DNA of 64,000 nucleotides from Candidatus Omnitrophota bacterium (GTDB taxonomy: Bacteria > Ratteibacteria > UBA8468 > MWAK01): contig JAZDPL010000073.1 of the NCBI GenBank assembly GCA_043797665.1, forward strand, positions 62,009 to 126,008, read 5' to 3'. The position numbers and the translations under genes are program-made. Positions 28,253-38,225 of the stretch are shown one piece after another (position 1 is the stretch's first letter; every line of letters begins with the position of its first letter). The notes below the pieces were generated by a model. That model was not told the DNA's origin, ran no database searches, and worked only from the letters and a program-made list of their open reading frames with translations.

Positions 28253-28816
28253 CTACTCCAGGTTGGCGTGGCGTTTCCAGAGGTCTTCGTTCTTCAGTTC
28301 CTTCTTTTTCTGAATCATTATCGTGACGATATCTCCAAAAACTACCAGAGCCTGTTCAAAAAGGTTACTCATCGGCTGGATTGAAGAGACACTGGCTGAT
28401 GAACCGGTTTTGGTGGGTGCGGACAGATGGACGCAGAAGTCCGCGATGCTTTTTAGTGTGGATTTCCGGGCAGAAGTGATTAGACCGATTGTCGCGCCTT
28501 TCTCTCCGGCTATCCGGGCAATCTGAACCGGAAGTTTACTCTCTCCGGAACCGCTGGCAACCAGAAGAAGGTCCTTTTTCGTGATGGGCTTTTCCGTAAC
28601 CGAACCGACCGCCTGGCAGTCAATCTGAAGGTGTCCTAACCGCTTTCCCAAACACTGTAAGGCAAGGAAGACCCTGCCGACGCCAAAGATGAAGACCTTT
28701 TCTGCCTTCAGGATTTCCGCAACCAATTTCTCCGCTTCTGCCGGAGTAACCTTTTGAAGTACCGCGCTGATTTCAGCGGTCACCTTCGGCGCTAATTCTG
28801 AATATTCTCTTTTCAT
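28253..28816 (-). CDS. SIS-domain sugar-phosphate isomerase (6-phospho-3-hexuloisomerase-like)
   Basis: FIFGVGR, SGSGES, QPMSNLFEQ and C-terminal RHANLE typical of the PHI/HxlB family. Start 28816 overlaps the upstream stop. Confidence 0.85.
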   Translation of the reverse strand: MKREYSELAPKVTAEISAVLQKVTPAEAEKLVAEILKAEKVFIFGVGRVFLALQCLGKRLGHLQIDCQAVGSVTEKPITKKDLLLVASGSGESKLPVQIARIAGEKGATIGLITSARKSTLKSIADFCVHLSAPTKTGSSASVSSIQPMSNLFEQALVVFGDIVTIMIQKKKELKNEDLWKRHANLE

Positions 28817-29730
28817 GGCACGTCTCTTCCCTTTACCCAGTGGCGCCAATATTTTACTGATTCCCGCAGGTTGTGTTCTAAATGACATTCTTCCGGATAA
28901 TAAGCCCGGTGACGAATCTCCAGAGCCAAAAGGATTTCGTGTTTGGCTTCCGAACGTCTTAGTGCCGCCAGGACTTTTTCGGGTTGAACGTCGCCCTTAT
29001 TATTATACTCCGGAACAAATGGCCAGTGGAAACTACCCTGGTTGTTGCTCTGCTGGATGTGGATGAGCGGAGAGACCTTGCCATAGCGTTCAATCCAGGC
29101 ATAGGGGTCTGCCTCCGGCGCCCCGGGATTCTCCTGGTTCCGGTGGCCTACGTCAAGGCAGAGCAGCATCGGTATGGCCGAACCTTTCATCCGGGAAAGG
29201 AGCCAGTCGTTTTCCTCAAAGGTCGCGCCGGTCTCCCGGGGGGTTGAGGTCGTTTCGTAAAGGAGGTACTTAAGACCCAGTTTCTTACCGTAATCAGCCA
29301 GCCGGTGGTAAGATTCTATCGCCCGCAAAAGTATTTCTTTCCGGCGTTTCCGGTCCCGGTTGGCGTTAACGGTGAGAATCGCAAAGCAGGTGCCGAACCC
29401 TTCCGCACCCAACCCTGCGGTGAGGTCCGCCATCTGCCGGTAGAAGGTTTCGTAAGCCTTTGCTGCCTCGTCGTCCGGATGACCCAAATAGTTCTGGTGA
29501 TGGTTGTGACCGCCGAAGGCGCACTTAATCCGAATATTATTCTTCCGGCAGGACGCCAGCGTTTTTTCGACTAATTTCTTTTGAATCTTTGCCGGCAGCA
29601 GGAAATCAATGACGTCGAAATTGAACTGGATTATGTGGATGCCGCAGGAGGCAACAACATCGGTCCAGGCTTCCGGCTCCATATAGCGGTTGCCGAAACA
29701 GTTGAGGTCAAATCCTAATTTGATATTCAT
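28813..29730 (-). CDS. Xylose-isomerase-like TIM-barrel sugar-phosphate epimerase (EryC-like)
   Basis: NRYMEP, LDVGH, DPYAW and IHIQQ...HWPF..EYN.KG resemble the D-erythrulose-1-phosphate 3-epimerase family. Confidence 0.7.
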   Translation of the reverse strand: MNIKLGFDLNCFGNRYMEPEAWTDVVASCGIHIIQFNFDVIDFLLPAKIQKKLVEKTLASCRKNNIRIKCAFGGHNHHQNYLGHPDDEAAKAYETFYRQMADLTAGLGAEGFGTCFAILTVNANRDRKRRKEILLRAIESYHRLADYGKKLGLKYLLYETTSTPRETGATFEENDWLLSRMKGSAIPMLLCLDVGHRNQENPGAPEADPYAWIERYGKVSPLIHIQQSNNQGSFHWPFVPEYNNKGDVQPEKVLAALRRSEAKHEILLALEIRHRAYYPEECHLEHNLRESVKYWRHWVKGRDVP

Positions 29731-30767
29731 GGGTTTATCACTACTTTTAAGGCACTGTGGCTTTCCACGGTTTCAAAAGCCTTTACGATTTCAATTAAGG
29801 GAAACCGGTGCGTAATCAATTTGCCGGCATCCACTTTTCCGGAAGCGATTAATTCTAAGGCTTCTTTATTCTGGCGTGCCAGAGAGGAAGAGGCACCGCT
29901 GACGAAGAACTCTTTGTAATGGATTTCGTTGGCGTTAATCGTTATCCGGTAGTCATCCTTGGGCAATCCGCCAAAGAGGTTTATCCTGCCCCGGGGCGCC
30001 AGGAGTTTAAAAGCCCCTTCCTGAGCCTGCCGGGAAGGCGCGCAGACAAAGATGACGTCCGCACCCAGGCCGTTGGTCTCTTTCATTACTATCTCCGCAA
30101 GGTCTTCCTCCTCAGAAGCGATGATTCGGTCCGGACTGAATTTTTTTGCTAACTCCAGCCTTGCCTGACTGCGCTGGGTTATCAGGATTTTCCGGGCTTT
30201 GTGCAATTGCGATAAGAGTATCTGGATACAGCCGGCCGGTCCGGCGCCGATAATCAGGACGACGTCGCCTTCCCTGACCGGGCAGTTCTCCCGGGCGTTC
30301 AAACTGCAGGCTAAAATCTCTGAAATGGAAGCTTCGTCAAAGGACAATCCATCAGGAATTTTATTGACAAAACCCAACCGGACCACATTTTCCGGCGGAA
30401 CGACGTATTCCGCAAAACCGCCGTCAGAAGCGTAGCCGATGGCAGGACAGGGTCTGATACAAACATTACTGTTGCCGGAAAGACAAAGCCGGCATTTCCC
30501 GCAGCCGTGTCCGGGCGCCACGCAGACCCTATCCCCTTCCTTAAAGCCTTTCAGTTTTTTGCCTACCGCCTCCACCACGCCGGCAATCTCGTGGCCAATG
30601 ACAATCGGGTACTTTGCCCGGGTATCTCCTTTCCGGAAGATGCGCACGTCCGAACCGCAGATGGCACAGGATTCAACCTTGACCAGAAGGGAATTTCCGC
30701 CGGGCGCTGGTTTTGGTTTTTCCACCAGTTCCATCTTACCCAAACTTACTACCTGTGCCACCAACAC
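29727..30767 (-). CDS. Zinc-dependent polyol/sugar dehydrogenase
   Basis: ICGSD, GHE, CGKCRLC...C, GAGPAG. Start placed at GTG 30767 after a GGAGG SD. Confidence 0.9.
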   Translation of the reverse strand: MLVAQVVSLGKMELVEKPKPAPGGNSLLVKVESCAICGSDVRIFRKGDTRAKYPIVIGHEIAGVVEAVGKKLKGFKEGDRVCVAPGHGCGKCRLCLSGNSNVCIRPCPAIGYASDGGFAEYVVPPENVVRLGFVNKIPDGLSFDEASISEILACSLNARENCPVREGDVVLIIGAGPAGCIQILLSQLHKARKILITQRSQARLELAKKFSPDRIIASEEEDLAEIVMKETNGLGADVIFVCAPSRQAQEGAFKLLAPRGRINLFGGLPKDDYRITINANEIHYKEFFVSGASSSLARQNKEALELIASGKVDAGKLITHRFPLIEIVKAFETVESHSALKVVINP

Positions 30768-30799
30768 TGGTACCTCCCAGATCCTTAAACATTTCACTC

Positions 30800-30849
30800 G
30801 TAGGGGTCGGATTTATCCGACCCGCGGGCTTGATGAATCAAGCCCCTAC
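30800..30849. repeat. REP-like doublet, family A
   Basis: GTAG-GGGTCGGA-TTTA-TCCGACCC-GC-GGGCTTGA-TGAA-TCAAGCCC-CTAC, intergenic within an operon. Confidence 0.85.
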
Positions 30850-30865
30850 AATTATCCAAACTCTA

Positions 30866-31858
30866 TTACGTAATTTTGATTAACACCTTACAATAAAACA
30901 TTTCCTTACGCCACATCTTTTCAATTATCTCCGGACCTTCTTCTATGGGAATCCGCTGAGTAATCATAGGCTGGAAATTAAAACTACCGGACTGAAGATG
31001 GCTATAAATCAGTTTTTCCTCTCCCCGGATATCATAACCCCAGCAACCTCTTAAGTCAACCTCTTTGCGCATAATCTTTTCAAAGATTGTCAGGGGCAGG
31101 ACCGTATCCTTGGTGTCCCGGCCGACCACCGTAATCGTCCCTTTTGGCGCAGATTTTCCCACCGCAGAAATCAAGGCTTTTCCGGAGCCCGCCGCCTCAA
31201 AGACCAGGTCGAAATTATCCAACCTTTGAAAAAGGTCTGAGGCCGGATTGATTACATTTTCAAAACCACAGTTTTGGGCAATCCGGAGCGATTCCTCTCT
31301 GATATCTGCCACCCAGATTTCACCCGCACCTAAAATCCTTGCCCACTGGCTGATGAGGAGTCCGATGGTGCCGGCTCCAAAGACCAGTACCCGCTCCTTC
31401 CCTTTCAGACCGGCACGCCTTGCCGTATAGAGCGCCACTAACAACGGTTCTAAAAACGCGCCTTCTTCCAGGGAAAAGTTTTCCGGCAGCGGGAAGAGGT
31501 TCTGGTTGGGAACAAGGCAGTATTCCGCAAAGCCGCCGTCCCGGCGGGAGCCCAGAAAATCGTATTTCTCGCAATGGAACGGACCCAGCCGGCAGCCGGG
31601 ACATTTTCCGCAGGGAATAATAGGCAGCACCGCCACTTTTCTTCCCCTCTCCGCAACATTTTCAACTGTGCCGGCAAACTCGTGGCCCGGGATAAGCGGG
31701 TGGCAATAGGCGCCGGTCTGCATAATCCTGGGCAGGTCAGAACCGCAGATACCGGAGGCAGCCACCTTAACCAGCGTCCATCCGTCTTTCGGGTCAGGCT
31801 GGGCCCGGTCCGGCTCAAACCTGAGGTCTCCCGGAGCATGCAAAACCAACGCCTTCAT
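30866..31858 (-). CDS. Galactitol-1-phosphate 5-dehydrogenase-like zinc dehydrogenase
   Basis: GICGSDLPR, GHEFAG, CGKC, YDFLGSRRDGGFAEY, GAGTIG. Confidence 0.85.
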   Translation of the reverse strand: MKALVLHAPGDLRFEPDRAQPDPKDGWTLVKVAASGICGSDLPRIMQTGAYCHPLIPGHEFAGTVENVAERGRKVAVLPIIPCGKCPGCRLGPFHCEKYDFLGSRRDGGFAEYCLVPNQNLFPLPENFSLEEGAFLEPLLVALYTARRAGLKGKERVLVFGAGTIGLLISQWARILGAGEIWVADIREESLRIAQNCGFENVINPASDLFQRLDNFDLVFEAAGSGKALISAVGKSAPKGTITVVGRDTKDTVLPLTIFEKIMRKEVDLRGCWGYDIRGEEKLIYSHLQSGSFNFQPMITQRIPIEEGPEIIEKMWRKEMFYCKVLIKIT

Positions 31859-34002
31859 CGGTAGTCAAGTGCTAACATCATAAAGGTGTTGAGTTTAGGT
31901 ACGCCAAACTCAACGTATCCATCCGTTAATTTATACTTTAAAATTTTTTCATCAGGCAGGACGACCAACCTAATCCCCCTTCTCCCCCTTTGCAAAAGGG
32001 GGATTGAGGGGGATTTCAATTTCAGACTGATTTTTATTCCCGCTACCGGAATATTGGGAAGTTCCTTCTGGAAGTTAAGAAGATTGATAAGGTAACGTCT
32101 TTTTTTTCTCTGGTGGAAGGTGGTAACCTCGACTGATTTTGGAGCCTCGGCTTCCAGGCTGTAGGAACTGACCAGAAGTTTCAGAAATCGGCTGAAGATA
32201 TCCCGGTGGATATCCAATTCACTGCTTTCTATTTCGCCGGCAGCGTAAAGCACTTTTCCTTTCCCGAATTTGTTGAATACTACCGCTGGTTGGTCTGTCT
32301 GGACACCTGGCGGGTTGCTGTGGATGGAGGCGAACCGGGTGGTATCAGCCGGGTTCGTGTAGGGAAGGACCAGATAACCTAAAACCTTTGCCCCGGGCAA
32401 GGCTTTTACCTTCATCTGGTACGAATCTAAACCCACCGGATACTTCTGCGAGAAGTCTGCAAACTTCTGCGAGAAATCAGCAAAAAGGTCTTGTGACCCT
32501 TCTGCAGGTGCGATATAGGTAAACCTCTCTTTTGTTTCACCTGCATACGAGACGCCAAAAAGGTCAGCCAGGAGGAAATCCTTCTGCCTTACTCCATCTT
32601 TGGTAAGGAGAGAGGTATATTTACTGGCGTAGAGGGTTCCGCCGGACCGGACGTATTCCCTGATGGCGGAGGCCTCCTCCTTATCCATCATCAGGACGTT
32701 AGGAAGAACAAGCATCTTGTACCGGGAAAGTTCGTTAATCCGTTTTTTGGTTATGATGCCAAAAGGAATATGGTTATTGATGAGCGTTTTACAGACGTTC
32801 ACCGCACCGTCTACGTGGGGCATCTTTGAAGAAAGTGGTGAATTCCCGGTTTGAACATTCTCTAACGACTTGCCGTTATCCGCAAAGTCGCATTTTGATT
32901 CGGTACTCAGGTAAATCGCAACGTCCTGAACCATCTCGCCGCCTAAATACAGTTCGTAGACCTTAGTTTCTTCAAAGACATCGTGCATCTTCTGATAGAC
33001 CGCCGGATTCAGGGTTCCGACCGGGTCGACGGCATCGATAAAGATGAAGGTACCTCCGTCAGCCAGGGCAGCGCAGGCTTTAGTTTGTAATAGTTCTTTT
33101 GACTTCATCCCGGTGTGGTAACCTAAGTTAACGCAGATGGAGGTTTCAAAACCGTAAGGCAGGTTTTCGCTCAAATTATAAAACAATTTTCGGGCGAATG
33201 AACCCTGCAGGGCATCACCGTAAAAGTCACCCTGAAGGAAATCACACTGCCGGGTCATGGGATGAGTCACTCCCAGCACCCAGGACTGATTATAGGTGGA
33301 CGCCTGATGTTCCACCGTAACTTCAGGTTTGAGTTTCTTGACGGTACTGGTCATTAGGGTAGCGAAGTCAACCAGCCACTCCTCCCGTTTACGCTGGAAA
33401 CTTACCCAGACCGGGTCTTCCCAGTTAATCACCCTGGGCAGACTGCCACCAACCTCCCGGGCAAACCTTTTCTGGCAGTAAGGGCAGTAACATATCGCGG
33501 GCCAGAAGGTCATATCAAACCGTATCCCTTCAAAATCAAAATCTTGACAGATTTCTTTTGCGATACCGGACGCATAGTTCCGGTAAGGACTGTTAGGACA
33601 GCAGAGTCCGTATCTGCTTTTCTCGGCGCGGCTGGTTCCGTCCACATCTACGACGTGCCAGTCGGGGTGGGTCCGGAAAGCTGATGTATCAAAGATAACG
33701 CTGTAATAGACCACCACGTAAATACCTTTTCGGTGGCACTCTTCAATCACCTCCGCCAGAATATTCCTTCCTTTCAGGCCCCGGTGCATCTGGCCGAGCC
33801 TGGTGGGGAAGTAACAGAGTCCGGCGTGGGAGTGGGCATGGATCACCGCAGACTGAACCTGTGCCAAAGCCATCATTTCCGCGTACTTTTTCGGGTCAAA
33901 CTCAGACATAAACCTTGCATCCCAGTCAGCAATGTGCATATCAACCACATTTCTGCGATACGCCTTCTGATACCACTTCTTCTTCATTCCCCCTCGATTC
34001 AT
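31855..34002 (-). CDS. GH151/GHL6-like (putative alpha-L-fucosidase) with trimerisation-type domain
   Basis: VVDMHI, HSHAGLCYFPT..G.MH, CCPNSPY, GIRFDM, CYCPYC. No signal peptide. Confidence 0.72.
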   Translation of the reverse strand: MNRGGMKKKWYQKAYRRNVVDMHIADWDARFMSEFDPKKYAEMMALAQVQSAVIHAHSHAGLCYFPTRLGQMHRGLKGRNILAEVIEECHRKGIYVVVYYSVIFDTSAFRTHPDWHVVDVDGTSRAEKSRYGLCCPNSPYRNYASGIAKEICQDFDFEGIRFDMTFWPAICYCPYCQKRFAREVGGSLPRVINWEDPVWVSFQRKREEWLVDFATLMTSTVKKLKPEVTVEHQASTYNQSWVLGVTHPMTRQCDFLQGDFYGDALQGSFARKLFYNLSENLPYGFETSICVNLGYHTGMKSKELLQTKACAALADGGTFIFIDAVDPVGTLNPAVYQKMHDVFEETKVYELYLGGEMVQDVAIYLSTESKCDFADNGKSLENVQTGNSPLSSKMPHVDGAVNVCKTLINNHIPFGIITKKRINELSRYKMLVLPNVLMMDKEEASAIREYVRSGGTLYASKYTSLLTKDGVRQKDFLLADLFGVSYAGETKERFTYIAPAEGSQDLFADFSQKFADFSQKYPVGLDSYQMKVKALPGAKVLGYLVLPYTNPADTTRFASIHSNPPGVQTDQPAVVFNKFGKGKVLYAAGEIESSELDIHRDIFSRFLKLLVSSYSLEAEAPKSVEVTTFHQRKKRRYLINLLNFQKELPNIPVAGIKISLKLKSPSIPLLQRGRRGIRLVVLPDEKILKYKLTDGYVEFGVPKLNTFMMLALDYR
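31972..32015. repeat. Palindromic element (family C) translated in frame within the GH
   Basis: AATCCCCCT-TC-TCCCCCTTT-GCA-AAAGGGGGA-TTG-AGGGGGATT, read as KSPSIPLLQRGRRGI. Confidence 0.7.
32443..32484. repeat. In-frame 21-bp tandem duplication (FADFSQK x2)
   Basis: CTTCTGCGAGAAGTCTGCAAA / CTTCTGCGAGAAATCAGCAAA, with two synonymous differences. Confidence 0.85.
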
Positions 34003-34013
34003 TATCTCCTAAC

Positions 34014-35279
34014 TTATTTCAGTTCGCCAAGTACTTTCTTGGTTCCGTTGACAATAAGCTTGTATCCGGCACAGTCCAATACCGCTCCTTTTTCTACCGT
34101 AAGGTCATTTTCCACAATACAGTCGGCTGACAGGGTTGTCTTTCCGGAGACCACCAGGTTATAGAATTTCGTCGGCTGGACAACCTCACCTGAAGGCAGG
34201 GTATTCTCTCCAGTCAGGATAAAGGTTGACTTTCCGCAGGAGATGCAGGAATTTTCGTCGTCGATATATATTGTGCCGCTGCATTTTACGGTACTTTCTC
34301 TGCAGTCTAAGGCACTCTGCCGCACCTTACTTCCCTTATTACCCAGGCGCAGGTCCTTGAATGTCAGAGGCAAGCCGCCGGTATCCAGAATTGTCCAGGC
34401 GTTATCCTCCTGGCAGTCGATACTTAACTGGGCGCATTCGATTGGACCGGACGTAGTATAGGTACAGCAGGCGGTAAAGAAAAGGTTGGGATACCTGCCT
34501 CCAGGAACCACTGCGGTTGAGTTCTTGCCCGGTGCGCTCATACAGACATTTACACTGTCAGCCCAGGTGGCACCGGAATAACGGTAGCAGTCTTTGTTGG
34601 GATTGTAGAAAACGATTGTACCGGTGCCGCCGATTGTACCGGTTTTTACCTGTAAAGAGAGCGCCCGCATCGTACCGGATATATCCAGCCTCCGGTCTTC
34701 TCCGCCTCCGATGACCACCTTGGAAAAACTGAACCCCTCAGAAGGGAATTCCTGGGTGTAAGTTTTCGTCCCTTTACCGCAGAATGTCACGGTCTCACCG
34801 TGCCAGCCGGTAAATCGGCTCTTCTGTTTTGCGGTGTAGTTACCGTAGAAATAAAATTGGCTCTTAATGCCGGTGTTTACTACCGCAGAATTGGTTATGG
34901 TAAAATCGACACCCACCGTTAGATTACATTCCGCTGTATCCCAGATGGCTGCACCGGAATGGCTGAAGTCTCCGCTAACAGTGAGATTCGTACTTTGGGT
35001 AATTTTGCCGGTGTGACCTTCCGTGATTGTAATTGAACCGATATTGTCGGCTGTCTTATCCACAGAACAGACACCCTGTCCCTTATCATCGAAGAAGATA
35101 TTGTCTCCGGATTCCGGCAGTGTATCGCAGGGGTTGCCTCCGGAGGTCTCACTCCAGTTTTTTCCGTCGCTCCAGTTGCCGGAACCGGAGGCTGTCCAGT
35201 ATCTATCCGCCGCAAAAACTTTTGAAGTAAGCGGGATTAACATTGCTGTGATTATCATAAGAAGTTTTTCTTTTCGCAT
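34014..35279 (-). CDS. Secreted beta-helix-like protein (autotransporter-passenger-like N-cap)
   Basis: Signal peptide ending VFA; RYW...GNWSDGKNWS...GDNIFFD; G/T/V-rich beta-strand repeats. Apparent paralogue of 43471-44700. Confidence 0.65.
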   Translation of the reverse strand: MRKEKLLMIITAMLIPLTSKVFAADRYWTASGSGNWSDGKNWSETSGGNPCDTLPESGDNIFFDDKGQGVCSVDKTADNIGSITITEGHTGKITQSTNLTVSGDFSHSGAAIWDTAECNLTVGVDFTITNSAVVNTGIKSQFYFYGNYTAKQKSRFTGWHGETVTFCGKGTKTYTQEFPSEGFSFSKVVIGGGEDRRLDISGTMRALSLQVKTGTIGGTGTIVFYNPNKDCYRYSGATWADSVNVCMSAPGKNSTAVVPGGRYPNLFFTACCTYTTSGPIECAQLSIDCQEDNAWTILDTGGLPLTFKDLRLGNKGSKVRQSALDCRESTVKCSGTIYIDDENSCISCGKSTFILTGENTLPSGEVVQPTKFYNLVVSGKTTLSADCIVENDLTVEKGAVLDCAGYKLIVNGTKKVLGELK

Positions 35280-35290
35280 ACGATTACCTC

Positions 35291-36043
35291 CTAAAAAAGA
35301 TAAATTAACCTAAATTCAACATCACTGCCTTTTGCCACAAAGTTTTGCTGCGACATCCATTCAACATGTCCGTCGCAGAAGGCAACATTCACCCCGTTAT
35401 TATGCCGAAAAGCAATCGTTCCTGTATCAGCGGGGTCCACCATTTCGTAATTCCAATATGACTCTTGAGATGCATCGGCTAAGAGGCAGGCATTGCTGGG
35501 CTGTCTGACCTGGCTGTCTTTTACTTCCTTCGACCTGTCGACTCCACAGTAAGCTCCGCTGCGGGTAAGAAATGCGTTGCAACCGTATGACATTAAATAA
35601 CCGGCTCCGGGAACCGTTGTCCGGTCGTACGGATTCCTGTCGGACGGGCAACGCAATACCCCACTCCCGACCCCGATATAGTTTATAAGTTTACCTTCCA
35701 ACCAGTACACCGGGGCATAAGAAGTTCCATTCCAAAGGGTTGGATAGTAACCATCGTAGTCTGCACGGTATAACTCAAACGCCAGGCCCAACTGCTTCAG
35801 GTTGCTGATACACTGGGCCTTCCGCGCCTGCTCCCTTGCCTGGCTCAACGCCGGTAAAAGCATCGCCGCCAGGATGGCGATGATGGCGATTACAACCAAA
35901 AGTTCTATCAGGGTGAAGGCATGTAGGGAGGAAGGGGGAGGGGTGGTAGAATAAGATGACGACCGCAGATTTGTCTGTACCCGACGTACCGACAAAGAAA
36001 ACTTGCGCTCCATTAAAGAAAGGAGTTTAGTTATGAGCACCAT
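35291..36043 (-). CDS. Prepilin-type N-terminal cleavage/methylation protein (DUF1559, H-X9-DG) with an extended leader
   Basis: [66 protein letters not shown] before 36043. Confidence 0.92.
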   Translation of the reverse strand: MVLITKLLSLMERKFSLSVRRVQTNLRSSSYSTTPPPSSLHAFTLIELLVVIAIIAILAAMLLPALSQAREQARKAQCISNLKQLGLAFELYRADYDGYYPTLWNGTSYAPVYWLEGKLINYIGVGSGVLRCPSDRNPYDRTTVPGAGYLMSYGCNAFLTRSGAYCGVDRSKEVKDSQVRQPSNACLLADASQESYWNYEMVDPADTGTIAFRHNNGVNVAFCDGHVEWMSQQNFVAKGSDVEFRLIYLF

Positions 36044-36133
36044 AAATACCTCCGGTTTCCTGGCTACTACACACAGGGATAAGTTTAATTCTAACGTGGG
36101 TACATACCTTCAAGATTTCGGTAATTGGTCCCA

Positions 36134-38215
36134 TTACGGTTTTCGGCTGGAAATCTCTATGATCGTATGTATCTGCACCGGGGGCGCCTCAATCACCGCC
36201 AGACGGTTTCTTAGCTTTAGTTTGAGGTCCTGTTTCTTCGGATAGACCACACCGGCGCAATGGAATTTCCAGGTGTCTTGGTCAAAGATGATCTTCACTC
36301 CGGTTATGGGGATAACCTCACCGCGCAAGAGTTCAATGGAGTTATTCAGAAGATGGACAAGTACTTTGTTTTTCTTCTGGACAAAGACCGCCTCCACCAC
36401 GGACGGACCTTCTTTCCTGAGTCCGATGTCTATCTTAAGGTAATCGATGACCGCCTTGAGGAAAACCGCCGGCCACCTGACGTTTTGGTGCAGAATGCGG
36501 CCCAGCGGCGCCACGGTATAGATGACCTTGCCTTTGCCATAATCAGCGATGGTGACCGCCGGCCAGGAGGCCTCGTTGCCGGGCGGCAGGGGCCCCCAAC
36601 CGATATAGGCATCCCGGCTCTCAACCCCGACCGGCTTCGCCACCCAGGCGATTGGCTCAGCGTTGGTGCATTCTACCTGGACAAAGTTCTTCCCGAGCAG
36701 GTAATCGGTCTTGCGGAAGTTCTTGAAGAGGGGGTGGTCCCGGAAGCGAAGGTATCCACCGATGGTATTGACCTCGTAATCCCGGCAGATACCCCGGTAT
36801 CTTATGCCCAGTAAGTCTGCCAGGAGGAAATCTTGTCTCAGGGAGGCGGTCTCATCCCTCAAGCCGGTTTCTGCGGTCACCAGAAGGTTCCCGCCTTCCC
36901 TGACATAGTCTGTGATGGCAGCGACCTTCTTTTTTTCCAGGCAGGCCATTTCCGAGATGACCAACAGCTTGAATTTTTTGAAATTGGCTTCATTCATGCG
37001 CCAGTCAGGGATAAATTCGCAAGGGATGCTTAAGCCCCGAAAGACATCGATGATCTTTCCGATGCCGTAACCGTACTTGTTCTCTTCCATTATATCGGTC
37101 GCACTTTCCAGAAGCCAGGTATTTTCGTCGTGGCAGACCCCTACCGCCTTGACCGGTTCGGAATCTCTGACAAATTTCTGTTTCCGTGCGGTTTCCCGGT
37201 TCACCCCTTTCAGGAATTGGTACTTGGAATCGGCAAAAGTCCCGTCACCGGAGCGGCCCTGGGTAAAGAAGAAGAAGGTACGGTTGCCGTGGGCAAGTAC
37301 CCGGGCTGCCTGAAGGCGGACGGTAGTCTGGGGCCAGGCGTCCATTATATCGTTCCCGCCCCAGATGCCGCACTGGGCATGGGCATAATTGTCCCGGCAA
37401 CCCCTTAAAACCACACAGTTCCATGCCCGTTCACCGCCTTCGCTGTAAACCCAGTCAAGCTGTTTCAGGACTTCCTGGCCTTCAAAAAGAAGACCGGTCG
37501 GACCTCCGTTAACTGTAATGGGAATGTCCGAAGGATAGGCAACTGCCCTGATTTCTCTCAGAAATTCCGCCCATTCTTCGCACCAGTACTTCATAACCAG
37601 GAAGCGCTCTTCCGGTTTTTCACTGTAGGGGTTAAGCCCTCTGGACCGGTATTTGGACTGGCAACCCTGGCAAAAACAGACTGACTTGTACCAGGTGTAA
37701 ATATGAAAGATGTCAAGCATGATGCTATCAAACTTATACTTTCCGGTAAATTCAGCTATCTGGTCCAGGCAGTACTTCCGGAAGCCGGTATTGATACAGG
37801 CCATATCCCAGCGCCAGCCAGAATTATCCTTCAAGTTCCAGTACCAGACCAGGTCTTTACCTTCACTGTTCTTAAACCGCCAGTCAGGGTGAGTTCGGGC
37901 GGCAAGGTTGTCAAATCCGATGCAGTAATAAGCTACTGCTTCCACGTCGTTCTTGCGGCATTCATCGACCAGTTCCTTTACCATATCCCGCTTGCCCAGG
38001 GCCGGGTGTTTTACACCGAATTTTGTATCGTAATAGGAATAGCCCCAGTGGCATTTGGTTGTCAGATGCAAAGAATCAATACCTGCGTCCAGGCATTTCT
38101 TCAGTTGCTCCCGGGCGGAGAACTTCTCAAAAGTAATGTAGGGTGCATCCGGAAAATGCTGGTCAATCATCAGTGCCCGAAATATACTCTTGTATTTCTC
38201 GTTCATTCTGTTCAT
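36134..38215 (-). CDS. GH151/GHL6-like (putative alpha-L-fucosidase) with trimerisation-type domain
   Basis: IDQHFPD, KCHWGYSYYDT..G.KHP, ACINT, IMLD, CFCQGC. Confidence 0.72.
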   Translation of the reverse strand: MNRMNEKYKSIFRALMIDQHFPDAPYITFEKFSAREQLKKCLDAGIDSLHLTTKCHWGYSYYDTKFGVKHPALGKRDMVKELVDECRKNDVEAVAYYCIGFDNLAARTHPDWRFKNSEGKDLVWYWNLKDNSGWRWDMACINTGFRKYCLDQIAEFTGKYKFDSIMLDIFHIYTWYKSVCFCQGCQSKYRSRGLNPYSEKPEERFLVMKYWCEEWAEFLREIRAVAYPSDIPITVNGGPTGLLFEGQEVLKQLDWVYSEGGERAWNCVVLRGCRDNYAHAQCGIWGGNDIMDAWPQTTVRLQAARVLAHGNRTFFFFTQGRSGDGTFADSKYQFLKGVNRETARKQKFVRDSEPVKAVGVCHDENTWLLESATDIMEENKYGYGIGKIIDVFRGLSIPCEFIPDWRMNEANFKKFKLLVISEMACLEKKKVAAITDYVREGGNLLVTAETGLRDETASLRQDFLLADLLGIRYRGICRDYEVNTIGGYLRFRDHPLFKNFRKTDYLLGKNFVQVECTNAEPIAWVAKPVGVESRDAYIGWGPLPPGNEASWPAVTIADYGKGKVIYTVAPLGRILHQNVRWPAVFLKAVIDYLKIDIGLRKEGPSVVEAVFVQKKNKVLVHLLNNSIELLRGEVIPITGVKIIFDQDTWKFHCAGVVYPKKQDLKLKLRNRLAVIEAPPVQIHTIIEISSRKP

Positions 38216-38225
38216 TTGGAATCCT

